From Folioceros fuciformis (taxonomy: Eukaryota), in the NCBI GenBank assembly GCA_049999805.1, contig JBNGIO010006380.1, forward strand, positions 552,735 through 616,734: a stretch of 64,000 nt of DNA. The letters run 5' to 3'. The first letter of the stretch is position 1. Each line of letters begins with the position of its first letter. The notes under the pieces were generated by a model. It worked only from the letters and a program-made list of their open reading frames with translations, was not told the DNA's origin and searched no databases. The translations under genes and the position numbers were made by a program. This document shows, one piece after another, positions 25,267-37,855 of the stretch.

Positions 25267-25995
25267 TCATGTTGACCAATGGCTCCTTATTGAATGCTCG
25301 GGGTAGGGGGGGAGGCCTATACCTTCCACTTCTCCAACCTCCTCCTCCTCTGCTGGCCAGTTGTCTAGTGTGTTTAGTCTTAGATCCATGACATGAGTTG
25401 CTTTGGGATCGGCATCCACTGCAATTATGCTTCTTCCGCATTTGAGGGCTGTAATCATCTTGGAGCAAGAGCCAGCACATCCATACAGCACCTAGTCACC
25501 CTCCACTGTTCACTTCGATTATCTTCCTCAATACCCGCATTGGCTTGTGGCATACGGAAAACAACTTTGTCAGTGTCATGTGCTATGAACATATTGTGCT
25601 CCATTGCCTGATACACAAACCTTTCCCATCACTCGTTACGGAGGCTGCTGCACATAGGGGGAAACAGCTGGTGCAAATAATCTTCCTTTGCAAAACTTGA
25701 GCCCATGGTCATGTAGTCCATTGTATCATATAGCTTATTTATCATTGCTATATGACTGTTTGTCCAGTACCAAATGCAAGTTGCCGTGAGCACATCATAA
25801 ACCTTGCACATGTCAATTGGCGAATGAAAAATTACAACCTTGAACATCTCAGACGTGGTTATTCTTCAAACTCCATGATGACCTTGTGAAACTACTATCT
25901 TGTTGTCTCCATAGTGGAAGACGACAACCTTGAACATCTTAGACCTATTATTCCTTCAACTACATGATGACCTTGTGAAACTACTCTCTTGAAAA
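25267..25995 (-). pseudogene. Decayed bacterial-type N4-cytosine/N6-adenine DNA methyltransferase (beta-class-like motif order)
   Basis: Minus-strand translation across frameshifts: ...FKVVIFHSPIDMCKVYDVL...WYWTN...KLYDTMDYMTMG...SVCHKPMRVLRKIIEVNS/EGD*VLYGCAGSCSKMITALKCGRSIIAVDAD. This fits the motif X-I-II pattern HPxQKPxxLLxxLI..S..GDxVLDxFxGSGST..AA...GR..IGxD. Confidence 0.62.
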
Positions 25996-26420
25996 TTATA
26001 TATCAAATTGCCTAGAGTTTATGTCCAACTCCAATCCTAGATCTAGTAATAGCATAGCATATGAACAGGGTTGCATAAGCCGAACCATCTCGATGATTTC
26101 TCCGCACAATATTCCAACCTTACACATTCTTCCTGTGTTCATCCTTAAAGTCATGATTGAATGTGTCTCGACTTCATGACTATAGCAATTGCAACCACTT
26201 GTTTTCATTTCACCTTGAGAAACACAAAAGACAAACAACCTACATGATAACAAACATGGTTGTTAGACCAACAACAAGTAGGAAGGAGAACACTGAGCTC
26301 CTCAAGACATACTTGCACCACAAAGTGCAAGAAAGTGGTATTGCATACCAAAGTGAATGTTCCTTTGAAGCCAAAGTGTTTGTTAAAAAAGCATAGAGCT
26401 CTCTGTACCTGCCTTCTCAA

Positions 26421-27368
26421 CTTTGGGTCATAGTTGAAGAGGCTTACCTCCGTCCATGGGTCAGGGGTAAGAGCTTGAACTTTGGGTCATAGTTGAAGAG
26501 GCTTACCTCCGTCCATGGGTCAGGGGTAAGAGCTTGAGAGTCGTCCATTACAATCATTTGGGTCATAGTTGAAGAGGCTTACCTCCGTCCATGGGTCTGG
26601 GGTAAGAGCTTGAGAGTCGTCCATTACAATCATCTTCGGGTCAAAGCTTGAAAGGCTTCCATTACAATCTTGTTCGGGTTAGAGCTTGAAAGGCTTCCAT
26701 TACAGTTATCTTCTTCAGGTCACAGCTTGAGAGACTTCCATTATAATCATCTTTGAGTTGAGACAGAGCTTGAGAGGCTTCTATTACAATCATCTTAGAG
26801 ACAGAGCTTGAGAGGCTCCCATTATAGTCATCTTTGGGTCACAGCTTGAGAGGCTCCTATTACACTCATCATTGGGTCACAGCTTGAGAAAATTCTATTA
26901 CAATTACCTTCTTCAGGTCTCAACTTGAGAGGCTCCCATTATAGTCACCTGTGGGTCACAACTTGAGAGGCTTGCGCTGCAATCATAATCGGAACAAAGC
27001 TTGAGAAGCTTGCATCACAATCATCTTTGGGTTAAAGCTTGAGAGGCTTCCACTACAATCACCTTTGGCACAGAGCTCGAGAGGCTTCCGCTACAATCAT
27101 CTTTGGCACAGAGCTTAAGAGGCTTCCATTACAATCATCTTCGGGGTCATAGCTCGAGAGGCTTTGATTACAATCATCTTCAGGTCACAATTTGAGAGGC
27201 TTCCATCACAATCATCTTGGGACAAAGCTTAAGAGGCTTCAGTTATAATCATCTTGGGACAGAGCTTGAGAGGCTTCGATAACAAAATCATCTTTGGGTT
27301 GCAGCTTCAGAGGCTTCCATCACAATCATCTTCAGGTTAGAGCTTAAGAGGCTTCCATTACAATCATC
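26421..27368. repeat. Minisatellite array: about 35-38-bp unit (about 20 diverged copies), preceded by 3 longer related units
   Basis: Unit agagcttgagaggcttccattacaatcatctttgggtc. The leading units are tttgggtcatagttgaagaggcttacctccgtccatgggtcaggggtaagagcttga. Confidence 0.92.
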
Positions 27369-27459
27369 AACCACGATGAACTATAATCTTTTTTTGGGTA
27401 GGTGAGTTATATGCTTGTCATTCAATTGACCCCACATGCATTTCTAGCTTACATCACTA

Positions 27460-28028
27460 TAGTTGCACCCGCATAATTCCAATAACTATAATGCAACCGT
27501 GCAATTCTAAGAATTGGAGTTACAACCATGCAATTCTAACAATTGGAATTGCAACCATACAATCCCAATACCTAGAGTGCAACTATGCAATTCTAACAAC
27601 TGGAGTTGCAACCATACAATCCGAATACCTGGAGTGCAACCCTGCAATTCTAACAATTGAAGTTGTAACTATACAATCCCAATACTTGGAGTGCAATCAT
27701 GCAATTCTAACGAATAGAGTTGCAACCATACAATCCCAATACTTGGAGTGCAACCATGCAATTCTAACAATTGGAGTTGCAACCATACAATCCCAATCAC
27801 TAGAGTAAAACCATGCAATTCTAACAATTGGAGTTGCAACCATACAATCCCAATAACTAGAGTACAACCATGCAATTCTAACAATTGGAGTTACAACCTG
27901 CAACCATGCAATTCTAACAATTGGAGTTACAACCTGCAACCATGCAATTCTAACAACTAGAGTGCAGTGTAATCATACAATGCAACCATGCAATTCTAAC
28001 AACTAAAGTGCAGTGCAATCATACAATC
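27460..28028. repeat. Minisatellite array, 57-bp unit built from two related 28-29-bp halves
   Basis: ggagttgcaaccatacaatcccaatactt + ggagtgcaaccatgcaattctaacaatt repeated. Confidence 0.92.
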
Positions 28029-28195
28029 CTGTGACAGGGAGCGAATGAGGTTGAGCCACCTTGTTGGCATTGAAATAGAGTAAAACTCTGAATCTGCAAA
28101 AAAATATATTCAAATTATAAGTATATATTTTTGAGATTCGTAATGTGGTCTTGCCTACAACACTGTCAATATGACTTGACAAACCGCTCGTGCCG

Positions 28196-28428
28196 TGGTT
28201 CATGGTCGAGCCTGCTATATGGTTCATGGTCGGGCCTCCTATGTGGTTAAGGTCGAGCTTACTATGTGGTTCAAGGTCGAGCCTACTATGTGGTTCAAGG
28301 TCGAGCCTACTATGTGGTTCAAGGTCCAGTCTTCTATGTGGTTCAAGGTCGGGCCTCCTATTGTGGTTCAAGGTCGGGCCTACTATATGGTTCAAGGTCG
28401 GGCCTACTATATGGTTCAGGGTCGAGCC
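28196..28428. repeat. 24-bp minisatellite, about 10 copies
   Basis: tggttcaaggtcgagcctactatg repeated. Confidence 0.92.
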
Positions 28429-28529
28429 CTACCCTTTAGATATATCGCACATAAAGTCACCGAAACGTGTAGCAGTTGATGTCAAAACAGGACTCGAACT
28501 TGTTGATTTTCGGACTCTCTATCTCCGAG

Positions 28530-29869
28530 TTACTGCCGCAAGCTCTCAACAACGTACGAGGCATACAGGTCCCTGCGAAGGAATTACAAACATATGAGTG
28601 ACACTTCCAGGAATTGTATGTGAAGTGTCCATAAACTGAAGGAGCAGAAAGACATGACTAACATGGAATGACGTATGGCCTGCTCAGCCTTCTCGTGACC
28701 GAGAAACTGATCCACTGCAACTTCCTTGTTCTCGTTCTTCTTGTCTGAAGTTGGTCAAGGACACAGGAAGGAAATTGCAACAACATGATGCCCTAACATG
28801 CAAGAATTAGGAAAAGATACAGTCCTCGAAAAAGCGCCGAATTTCTGCCAGTCTGTGGGGAGGGAGCTGACTGATGTCTTGGTAATGTCGAACGTCAGGG
28901 TCATCAGCACAGACTGCAATGATCTTGTCATCTTTCTCACCCTAATCAGCCATCATGTACACACAAACAAAAGTAAGTGGCGGGCAGTGTGACAAAGCAG
29001 TGGAACGGTTACCCGTCTTGTAAGGGAGCTCAGGTTGTCTACCTGGTCTATCATTGGCATGAGACCGATGGCCTTGGCCCGGAGGAAGCATCCCGGAACG
29101 ACTGGTTCCTGCGCTAAGTTGCAGAATCAGGACAGCACCAATTTGTGAGGGTCACGATAGAAAATGGAAAGGCAAGAAAGATTAAGAGGGAGGACACAGA
29201 CCTGCATGAGAATCAGCACGTCCATGGGATCGTTGTCCTCGCAGAGTGTTCGAGGGATGAACCCATAGTTGTGAGGATATACGACAGAGGAGTAGAGAAC
29301 GCGGTCTACCTGGTGGGAGCGCAGTGTGAAATCAGATTCGTCAAAGCACAGTTTCCGCAGTTTCGTTGATTGTCGGGGAACACCAGATGAAGCTATACCT
29401 TGATCAATCCACTGCTTTTGTCCAGCTCGTACTTCACCTTACTCCCTTTACTGATCTCCACAACCTGACACAGGCAACGCCATATGCGAAAAGCGAAAAC
29501 GTTTTACTCCTTCGAGGCATGCATGCATATACGAAAAGGCCGGAGTAGTTTATGGTGACAGAGCAAGAGCAGGAGAGCCGGCTAATTTCCACTTACACAA
29601 TTGAAGACTTGGGGAGCTCCGGGCCCTTCAATCAAAGCAGGTCTAGCAATTAGCAGCTCGAAAAGCAATCATGCACGGAATCAGTGAGGCATAGCCTGAA
29701 CCAAATGGTGACAGAGTTTACCAATTTCCAAATCATGCCAAGGATGGGCAGCAACTGATCGGCTAGACATCGATGATAGAATCCGCTGGTTCAAGGGAGT
29801 AGCTGCAACCCAAGGCTTCTTGGCAGCGGAAGGGGCAGGGGCCTCCTCTTGGGGTCCTTCCGTACTCAT
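28530..29869 (-). CDS. PPA: Soluble inorganic pyrophosphatase
   Basis: [106 protein letters not shown] and [13 protein letters not shown]. Confidence 0.96.
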
Positions 29870-30423
29870 GGTGTCCAGTCACCTCTCCCGGGGGTCAGTA
29901 GTGGCTGCCCAACACCAAGTGTTTGCGATTGACCTTGATTCGTGGCTACTTCTGCATTCCGACAATTGCGACTGAGAAGACACTTCTCAAACGCTACATC
30001 ATCGCTCTCAACCTAAAGCAGAATGTTCAAGATTGGAGCAGCTGGCCGAGATCAGCCAACAGCGGAAAAGTGAGAGGCTATTGAACTCCCTCCTACAGCG
30101 GAATAAGAGGAAACGAGAAAGGCAACCAAATCGACCGCTCCGTTGCGATGCTTTGAGCTCCTTGCAGGTGGCAAAGAAAACGTTGGATCCGGGAGAGGGA
30201 GAAAACTTGGGTTCTATTGGAACACGTGGGCAGGGCATTTCCTCCTTTCCGATGTACGTCAGGCTGGTATGGAGTGCGCAGGGAGGAATGTACCGAATAA
30301 ATGCTTACACACAGACAGATGATGGTGTACACTGGGGTGTGACCGTGAAACGATTGTCCAAAACTGCCTCCACGTAGAGCTCGTTATGGCATCAGCATAT
30401 CCAATCCACATCATGGTGGAGAC

Positions 30424-32563
30424 TCACAGGGGTGTGTGGGCCTGGATAGCGTCCGCTAAGGCCTTGGCATCCTCTGGGGATTGTAATCTGAAAACACAGG
30501 CCTGCCTTCGTACTTCTTGCGTTGGTTCCTGACACACGACAGGGCAAGGCATGGCATGGTCATCACTCATAAGATGGGACTGCTTTACTCCAACAACCCT
30601 TGTAAGGCATAGAAAGAATGTTCTTCCTACTCACCGCAATCAATAGGATAAGGGTGATGTCTTTCTTTGTCGCGTTCGCTTTCAGTCCAGTGTAGAGGAG
30701 TGCGTTGAGAAGAATCTTGCCCACCTGAGCACGGCATGTCAGGGCATGGCGGAATCAGTACGAGTAAGCGGAACTCACGGACACTGCTAGGGAGTGGATC
30801 GTAGTAGAAGTAGCTGCCACCTCGTTGCGGAAGACAATTGTGGGCTTGGATTCCTTCGAGGTTGAAGGAGCACCCTCTTTGCACCTGAGGATTATCTGGC
30901 CCCTGCCCAGATCTTTCCACGTTTTCTCCTCACCGTCTGCGACCTGATCCCGGCCCAAACACATGGTGGCTTGATGTATGAGTAGGATGTTGAAGAACAT
31001 GAGAAACCGTCGCTCAGGAAACGTCGGAATCCGCCGTCTAACCTGGAAGTACAATTTCCCTCGCACTTGGTGGACTATCTGGATGCCCTTCTCTTGTGTG
31101 CTTATGAAGGATGGGCTTCCAGGGGCTTCTGCATCTTGATCCTCTGGGGAACGGCATCACAGTCAAGAGCACTTGCAACAATGCTGCAGCAGCAGAGAAT
31201 CACGTCAGGAACCCTTCAGTCCATGAGTGCTCACCGTCCTCTAAGTTCCTCTCAGTAGTAGTGATATCTGGTGGCCTTGCAAAACTGGGGATGGGGATGG
31301 GTGACCGCACAGCAGATACAGTAAAGACCCCTGGAGTCGAAGTTGCCGGAGCCACCACGCTGGATTCTGCAGAACAGATAAGCTACTGCTCTGCGGAGAC
31401 CAGGCCATCCACCTATACAGACCACTCAAATACAACTTCATGTCTACTCACCAGGTCCTTGAGCGTCCTTCGTCTCATTATTTGCTGGGACTGCAGCTGG
31501 CAACGGGGACCGAAATGCTGCTACAGACCCTGTCCGCGGCCATGGATTGTGCAGAACGGTCAGGACCTGTCTTCCCCTGAACAACCCATTGATCTACACC
31601 ATTTCCACAACAGCTCACCAGGTCCATCAGAGTCCTTCTTCTCGGACTCACTTGCTGCCGGCAACGCACCCGCAGGAGGCAGTGGCGATCGAAACGCTGC
31701 CACAGACCCTGATCGTGACATGGAAGGCAGAGGAGTCCGTTCTGCACCAAAAGGAACTTCATGACCCTCCCCTCCATATCCTCAACCAATGCCACTCCAC
31801 GATGAAAGCAGGAAACGTCAAAAACCCAAACCTGCAACTGCACCAGCCCGAGCCCCAGTCCCGGACGTGGTCCACATAGCTGCCAGAATACATCACACTC
31901 AGCCCATGGATCGGCAGATGCAGCTGCAAATGAAGCAAATATAATTCACATCGGTGTCTCAGCTAAAATCTCACAAGCAGCGTTGAAGCCCCCAAATGTG
32001 GCTCCACCACCAGCACTTGCTGCAGCGGAATCCTGCTGTGGAGGCCCTGGCTGGCTGTCCACCAACGGGGCGTCGAACAGAGGGGACCGGCGTGCACAGG
32101 GCGGAGACACCACTTGTTGCTGCTGTTCCTGCAACACGTTGTTGCTGTTTATGTTGCTGTTATTGTTGTTGCTGCTGCTGTTCTTCAACCAGTCTACCAC
32201 ATCCTTGTAGTCCGTCTACAGCATTAACAGCAGCAGCAGGTATGTCAAGATGTGTACCCGCATTTCACTCACAAAATTCAGCAAAAGCAGACGTGCCCAA
32301 CAGGCATAGCAATGATTACCCACCAGAAGAGTCCGGGCATGCTTCAAGTAATCTTCCACCCCCGCCTCCCATAGCTCGTCCAGATGATCTTTCTTTTGCT
32401 GTTCGACCCAGGCGGCGAACTGGGTGTTAAGCGCCCTGACGTAGTCCAGGCACCAGGCGGACCTCTGCTCCAGCTGGGTCTGACAGGATGCCAGGCCCTT
32501 GGCGCTCTTGTTGTAAAGCTGCGGACTCACATTTCCCTCTCCCTTGCGCTTCCCTCCTGCCAT
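30424..32563 (-). CDS. Nup50-like Ran-binding (RanBD/PH-fold) domain protein
   Basis: N-terminal YVRALNTQFAAWVEQQKKDHLDELWEAGVEDYLKHA. C-terminal WKDLGRGQIILRCKEG...KPTIVFRNE|VGKILLNALLY...ACVFRLQSPEDAKALADAIQAHTPL*. Confidence 0.85.
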
Positions 32564-33234
32564 GGCCGATCACATGAAAGAAAGCGAGGCTGTCCCACAA
32601 CCGCCAACAGTACACGCCTTCTGACTCACCCACTCCGGGCTGCCCAGCTCGGCACTTGTTTAGGGGCAGCAAACAACAAACAGCGTCCTGCACCAGCACC
32701 TTCCTTTTTTTCTGTGGGTTTACTCGTGTGATGTGTTCCCAGGGCCGGACAGGTCCGGGCAGCGTGCCGTGGAGCCCGTGCTTCATCCGTTGCGGTTGCG
32801 CCGCTGCAGGGAGCTGGAATCCGCCGGCAGCTGGCCGCCGTGGCCCTGTGATGCCGTGCTTTGTTTGAATTCAAGCTGCAACTGCAACCGCCCTTCTTGG
32901 CGGATGCCCCTGGGGAGTGGTGTGGGAGTAGGGTGATTTGATCTGAGCTGGGCGGTGCTGCGGGAGCTGCATATCTCCAGTTGTGGGCGGCTCCGGTAGC
33001 AGCAACTCCGTCTGCATGGAGTCTCCTGAGCTGGGAGGGAAAGTGTTTTGGGTGGTGTTGTGGGATTGGATTGGCTTTGTGTGATGATTGGCATTGGGTT
33101 GCCTTTCTGCATGAGAATCAGACCCGGGCACTGTATATGGTAAATGGGCTAACGGAGGGAGAAGGGTGAGAATTCAATCATGCAGCAACTCGCTTGTAGA
33201 GCTAGTTGCGAGAGGGGGCCCAGGCCGGGACAGT

Positions 33235-36200
33235 ATGAGAGTGGGCGCAGGGATAGCGTGGCTCCAGAGCTTGCCACTTCTGTTGCTACTCCTTGTGTCT
33301 CTCTGTTCTCCAGGCTTCGGATTTGTGCCTCGGTTGGCCAGTGAGATTGGCTGTGGCGGGCCAATTTACTCTGCTGCAGAAGGATCCGATAGTGGTGGGG
33401 GGTGGGGGCAGGTTTTTCATGGACAGCATTTGAATCAGGGGTTTTGGCCTGTGCCTTCGGATGGATTCAGTTTCCTTAATTCCAGTAGGCTAGATGAAGC
33501 TGCACGTACATGCAGCTGCAGCAGTGGTGAGTTTAGGCCTTCATTGCGGGAGGACGAGCTTGGGCCGGTCAGAGCTGTCGGCGAAGTTTCCGACGAAGTC
33601 ATTGTGAGATTTACAGAGTACAAGGATGCGTCGGTACACAAGGAAAAACTGGAAGGCGTTTTGGAAGGGAATGGGTGGGAATGGGTTCACCGTGTGAATC
33701 CTGCCTCTGCCTTCCCAACAGATTTTGGCGTGCTGAAACTGGAACAGGACTGTAGAAATTCGATCCTGGACAAGCTGAACGGGATATCGTTTGTGAAGGA
33801 TGTCTCTGCTCAGGTTCAGTACACACGAGCGCTTGCTAGTGAAGAAGATTCTCGTGACGAAGGGGAGACAGGTTCCCACCACAGCCCAGCCCATGATGAT
33901 TCACACCCTAGAAAATCCCCTGGCCGATTTGCCACAGCATTGTCTTTCGCTGAGGAGTGGCACGCGGACGATGAGGGCAATACTTCCACTAGTCATGAGG
34001 GTCGGAAACTCCTATCCCAGGTACTCAGCCTTTGTAGTCGGGGGCGCTGCTTGCCCCTTTAAATGAACTGTGATTCTTTCCAGACAGCTGTGAGAGCCGT
34101 CTGTGTTTCATTGACATTCTTAGATGGCTTCTGTTCTCAAGCAGAAATCGAAGCTTACATCTATGTTTGGAGCTGAGAAACTTTGGGCAAAGGGCTTCAC
34201 CGGTGCAAAAGTGAAAATGGCAGTGTTTGACACAGGTGTGCGAGCAGATCACCCACATTTCCGCAACATCATGGTGAGCCTTGGGAACGTTGTGTCTCGT
34301 CAGATTTGTTTTCAACTCCACTGTATTGAAATCGAGAGGTCTTATTGGTTTGTATCATGGCATACAGGAAAGAACTGATTGGACGAATGATGGGAATTTG
34401 AACGACAACCTTGGTCATGGAACGTTTGTAGCAGGTGTGATATCAAGCCAAGATCCGCAGTGCCTAGGATTCGCACCCGATGCGGAGATCTATGCTTTCC
34501 GGGTTTTCACTGATGCACAGGTACACATTATGGCTTGATGCAGTGATGCTCTCTGGCAAACGAATTTTTGGGTCTTTGATGTCCATGATTCATGTGTTTG
34601 GCCTGTTTCATGTAGGTGTCGTACACATCGTGGTTCTTGGATGCTTTCAACTATGCAATTGCCACCGCCATGAACGTCCTGAACCTGAGTATTGGGGGAC
34701 CAGATTATTTGGATCGTCCGTTTGTTGAGAAGGTTAAGATACACTTCACTGCATCTTGTATTCTTCAACATTCTGTTTCATGCAGTTCTCGTAATTCATG
34801 TTTGGCTGCAGGTTTGGGAAATGACAGCCAACAAAATTATTATGGTGTCTGCTATTGGGAATGATGGGCCGTTCTACGGTACTCTCAATAATCCTGCAGA
34901 CCAAAGTGATGTAATTGGTGTCGGAGGTATCGATTATAGCGACCACATTGCTGTGTTCTCGTCCCGTGGAATGACGACTTGGGAAATTCCTCATGGGTGA
35001 GAATTTCGTTACAACCATTGCTGAAATGTACTATCATTTGCTTACTTTGGTCAGGTCAGACCTAGTACTAACACTCACCAACCAGTACAGATATGGACGT
35101 GTGAAGCCGGATGTTGTGGCTTATGGAAGGGAGGTTATTGGGTCCAGAATCACATCTGGATGCAAAAGTCTGTCGGGAACCAGTGTTGCTAGTCCGGTTG
35201 TGGCAGGTGCGGTTTGCTTGCTGGCCAGTGTTATACCAGAAAATATCCGGTGGCATATACTCAATCCTGCGAGTATGAAGCAAGCACTTTTGGAAGGTGC
35301 TGCAAGACTAGATGGTCCAAACATGTTTGAGCAGGGTGCGGGCCGTCTTAATCTGTAAGTTGAATCATGTATCACATCTACCTTGTTTCTGAACGCCTAC
35401 GCCCCGATTCAGATGATGTATTGTTGTTTTTTCAGCACTGCAATTTCTTGTCCTTTGTGGCCTACAAGCTCCCATGACTAAGTTGTGGCCATTTTGGGAT
35501 ATAGGTTGGCTTCCTATGATGTTCTCGTAAATTATAAACCACGCGCAAGTGTTTTCCCAAACAAGCTAGACTTCACTGATTGCCCCTACTCATGGCCTTT
35601 TTGTCATCAGCCCATGTATGCTGGTGCAATGCCTGTAATATTTAATGCAACTATTCTGAATGGGATGGGCGTTATGGGATCTGTCGAAGGTGAGCCTTTG
35701 TGGGTGCCTTCGGAAGATGCTGCCAACTTGTTGGACATTCAGTTCACCTACTCTGACTATATCTGGCCATGGACTGGGTATCTGGGGCTGCACATGCGAG
35801 TAAAGTCTGAAGGAAGCAACTTTCAGGGCATTATTGAAGGAAATGTCGTCTTTACGATAGTCTCCTCTCCCGGGACAGGAGAAGAAAATGTCCGTCGATC
35901 TGACTGTGTGCTGCCTGTCCGGGTTGAAGTAATTCCAACTCCTCAACGTGAGAAGCGGATCTTGTGGGATCAATTTCACAGCATCAGGTACCCACCGGGG
36001 TACATTCCACGAGATTCCCTGGATGTGAGGAACGACATCCTTGATTGGCATGGAGACCACTTGCACACGAATTTTCATGGGATGTTTGACAATCTGCGTG
36101 ATGCTGGCTACCATGTAGAAATTCTGGGCTCGCCATTTACTTGCTTCGATGCCACACAATATGGTACCTTGTTATTGGTGGACCTGGAGGATGAGTACCA

Positions 36201-37690
36201 TCCAGAAGAGGTTGCAAAGCTGAAGAATGATGTGGAGGTTCATGGTCTAGGACTTATCGTGTTTGCAGACTGGTATCATGTGGAGACAATGATCAAGATG
36301 AAGTTTTTTGATGACAATACTCGAAGTTGGTGGACACCTGCCACCGGCGGTGCAAACATTCCAGCATTGAATGACTTGCTATCTCCTTTTGGGATTGCAT
36401 TTGGGGACACCATTTTAAATGGGCCCTATTCTATTGGGGGTGAGAGAATTCATTATGCCTCTGGTACCGATATAGTACGCTTTCCTGCCGGTGGGTTTGT
36501 TCATCGATTTCTCTTTCAGGACAGTTTTGCCTTGGGTTTGGGGCTTTCATCCACACGAACTGCAGTCCGACCACAGGTGGGCTTGCCTGTTTGCGGTTTA
36601 CCTTTCTGTCAGTTTGGTCGCTATTTTTGGCTGCATTCTGATGAATTTCTTTGATCCTCAGATCGAACTGCCAATTTTGGGAGCCATAGAGGTTGCGAAG
36701 GGCCGCGTCACGGTATACGGAGATTCAAATTGTCTAGACAGTAGTCACAATCTGAGTAACTGCTACTGGCTCTTGAGAAAGCTGCTGAACTTCACTAGTC
36801 ACAAGGTTCGGGATCCAATGCTTTTCACTCCAGCAAACCAGCTACTGACTCCTCTAGGGGGACCAGAAACAGTTCTCCCCGTCCGAAGGGATGATGTTAA
36901 CTTGACTGCATATTCCCTTGTCTTAGATCATGACTTACTATGTGGCCTAGATGCACCACTGGAGGTACAACATTCTAAAGGGTATGTGTTACCAGCCGTG
37001 CCACCAAGGAGGGTTGCAGCAGGAAAAATGCCTCATCCTATTGATTCATACCGGGAACTGATTGGCAGTGTCAGCAACTCCTCTCTGCATGCACCTCAGG
37101 GGTCTGTGGAATTTAACATTCCAGTGAGTGCCTTCGCTACCAAGGAGGAGGGAAGCAGTAGTGTGAGGATACCGGCTATGCCCCCTAATGAATCTCTCGC
37201 TCAGGTGATCAAGGTTCAGATACAAGAAGAACCAGGAACCACAGAGGACCACTCAGGAGAACGGCGGGAAAGCAGGAGGTCCACCTCACAACAAACAGCG
37301 AAGAGTGTGGCGCACCTACGTTTCGATGATGAGGTACATCCCGCCCGATCTTGTGCAAGAAAAAAACCTTGAAGTATTGTTCGTGTTCCGTGTTGGCTCA
37401 AGTAAAGCTTACGCAGTTTCAAACTTTTGCAGTGGAATGTGCAGCTGGATGGAAGTCTTCTGGCTGTTCAGCGGCTTTTCCCTGTAGTCTTCTGTGCCGT
37501 AGGTGAGCTGCTCACTAGTCTGTTGCTAAGCTGATATATCCTTCTTTTTGCTCAAGACCCGGTGGTTGAGCTTTAGACTTGCTTGATATGGCATGCAGGG
37601 ATTGTAGTATTGGTGATGAGCATATGGCGCGCCAGACAGAAAAAGCGGAGGAGAACGAGGAAGGCCGCAGGACGTGGTCTCCTCCCTTAG
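33235..37690 (+). CDS. SBT6.1: Subtilisin-like site-1 protease
   Basis: Signal peptide and catalytic triad motifs [15 protein letters not shown] and [12 protein letters not shown]. Also [40 protein letters not shown], and a C-terminal TM segment with a basic tail RQKKRRR. Confidence 0.95.
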
Positions 37691-37696
37691 GAGGAA

Positions 37697-37855
37697 GCGA
37701 ATTGTCACTAACAAGTTCTTGAGGTGATCAAATGCTAACTAGCGCAACCTGTAAACGTAGAGTCGAAGAGTTGTCGCGAATTGTCACTAACAAGTTCTTG
37801 ATGTGATCAAATGCTAACTAGCGCAACCTGTAAACGTATAGTCGAAGAGTTGTCT
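37697..37855. repeat. About 79-bp direct tandem duplication just after the SBT6.1 stop
   Basis: gcgaattgtcactaacaagttcttga(g/t)gtgatcaaatgctaactagcgcaacctgtaaacgta(g/t)agtcgaagagttgtc occurs twice. Confidence 0.9.

Noticed and set aside
25300-25320. GLPPY as the catalytic (D/N/S)PPY motif of the methyltransferase remnant
   Set aside because: The first residue is not D, N or S, and it lies C-terminal to motif I, whereas the KP-before-GxG arrangement implies beta-class order. Probably chance.
26157-26400. Possible gag zinc-knuckle remnant (HKVQESGIAYQSEC)
   Set aside because: It lacks the CCHC ligands, and no LTR, PBS or pol sequence is visible.
26421-28428. CRISPR-like repeat arrays
   Set aside because: The units are head-to-tail with no unique spacers, there are no cas genes, and the context is eukaryotic. 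They are minisatellites.
27491-28597. Repeat-protein ORFs in the ORF track
   Set aside because: They arise on both strands and in several frames from tandem repeats, with no splice or homology support.
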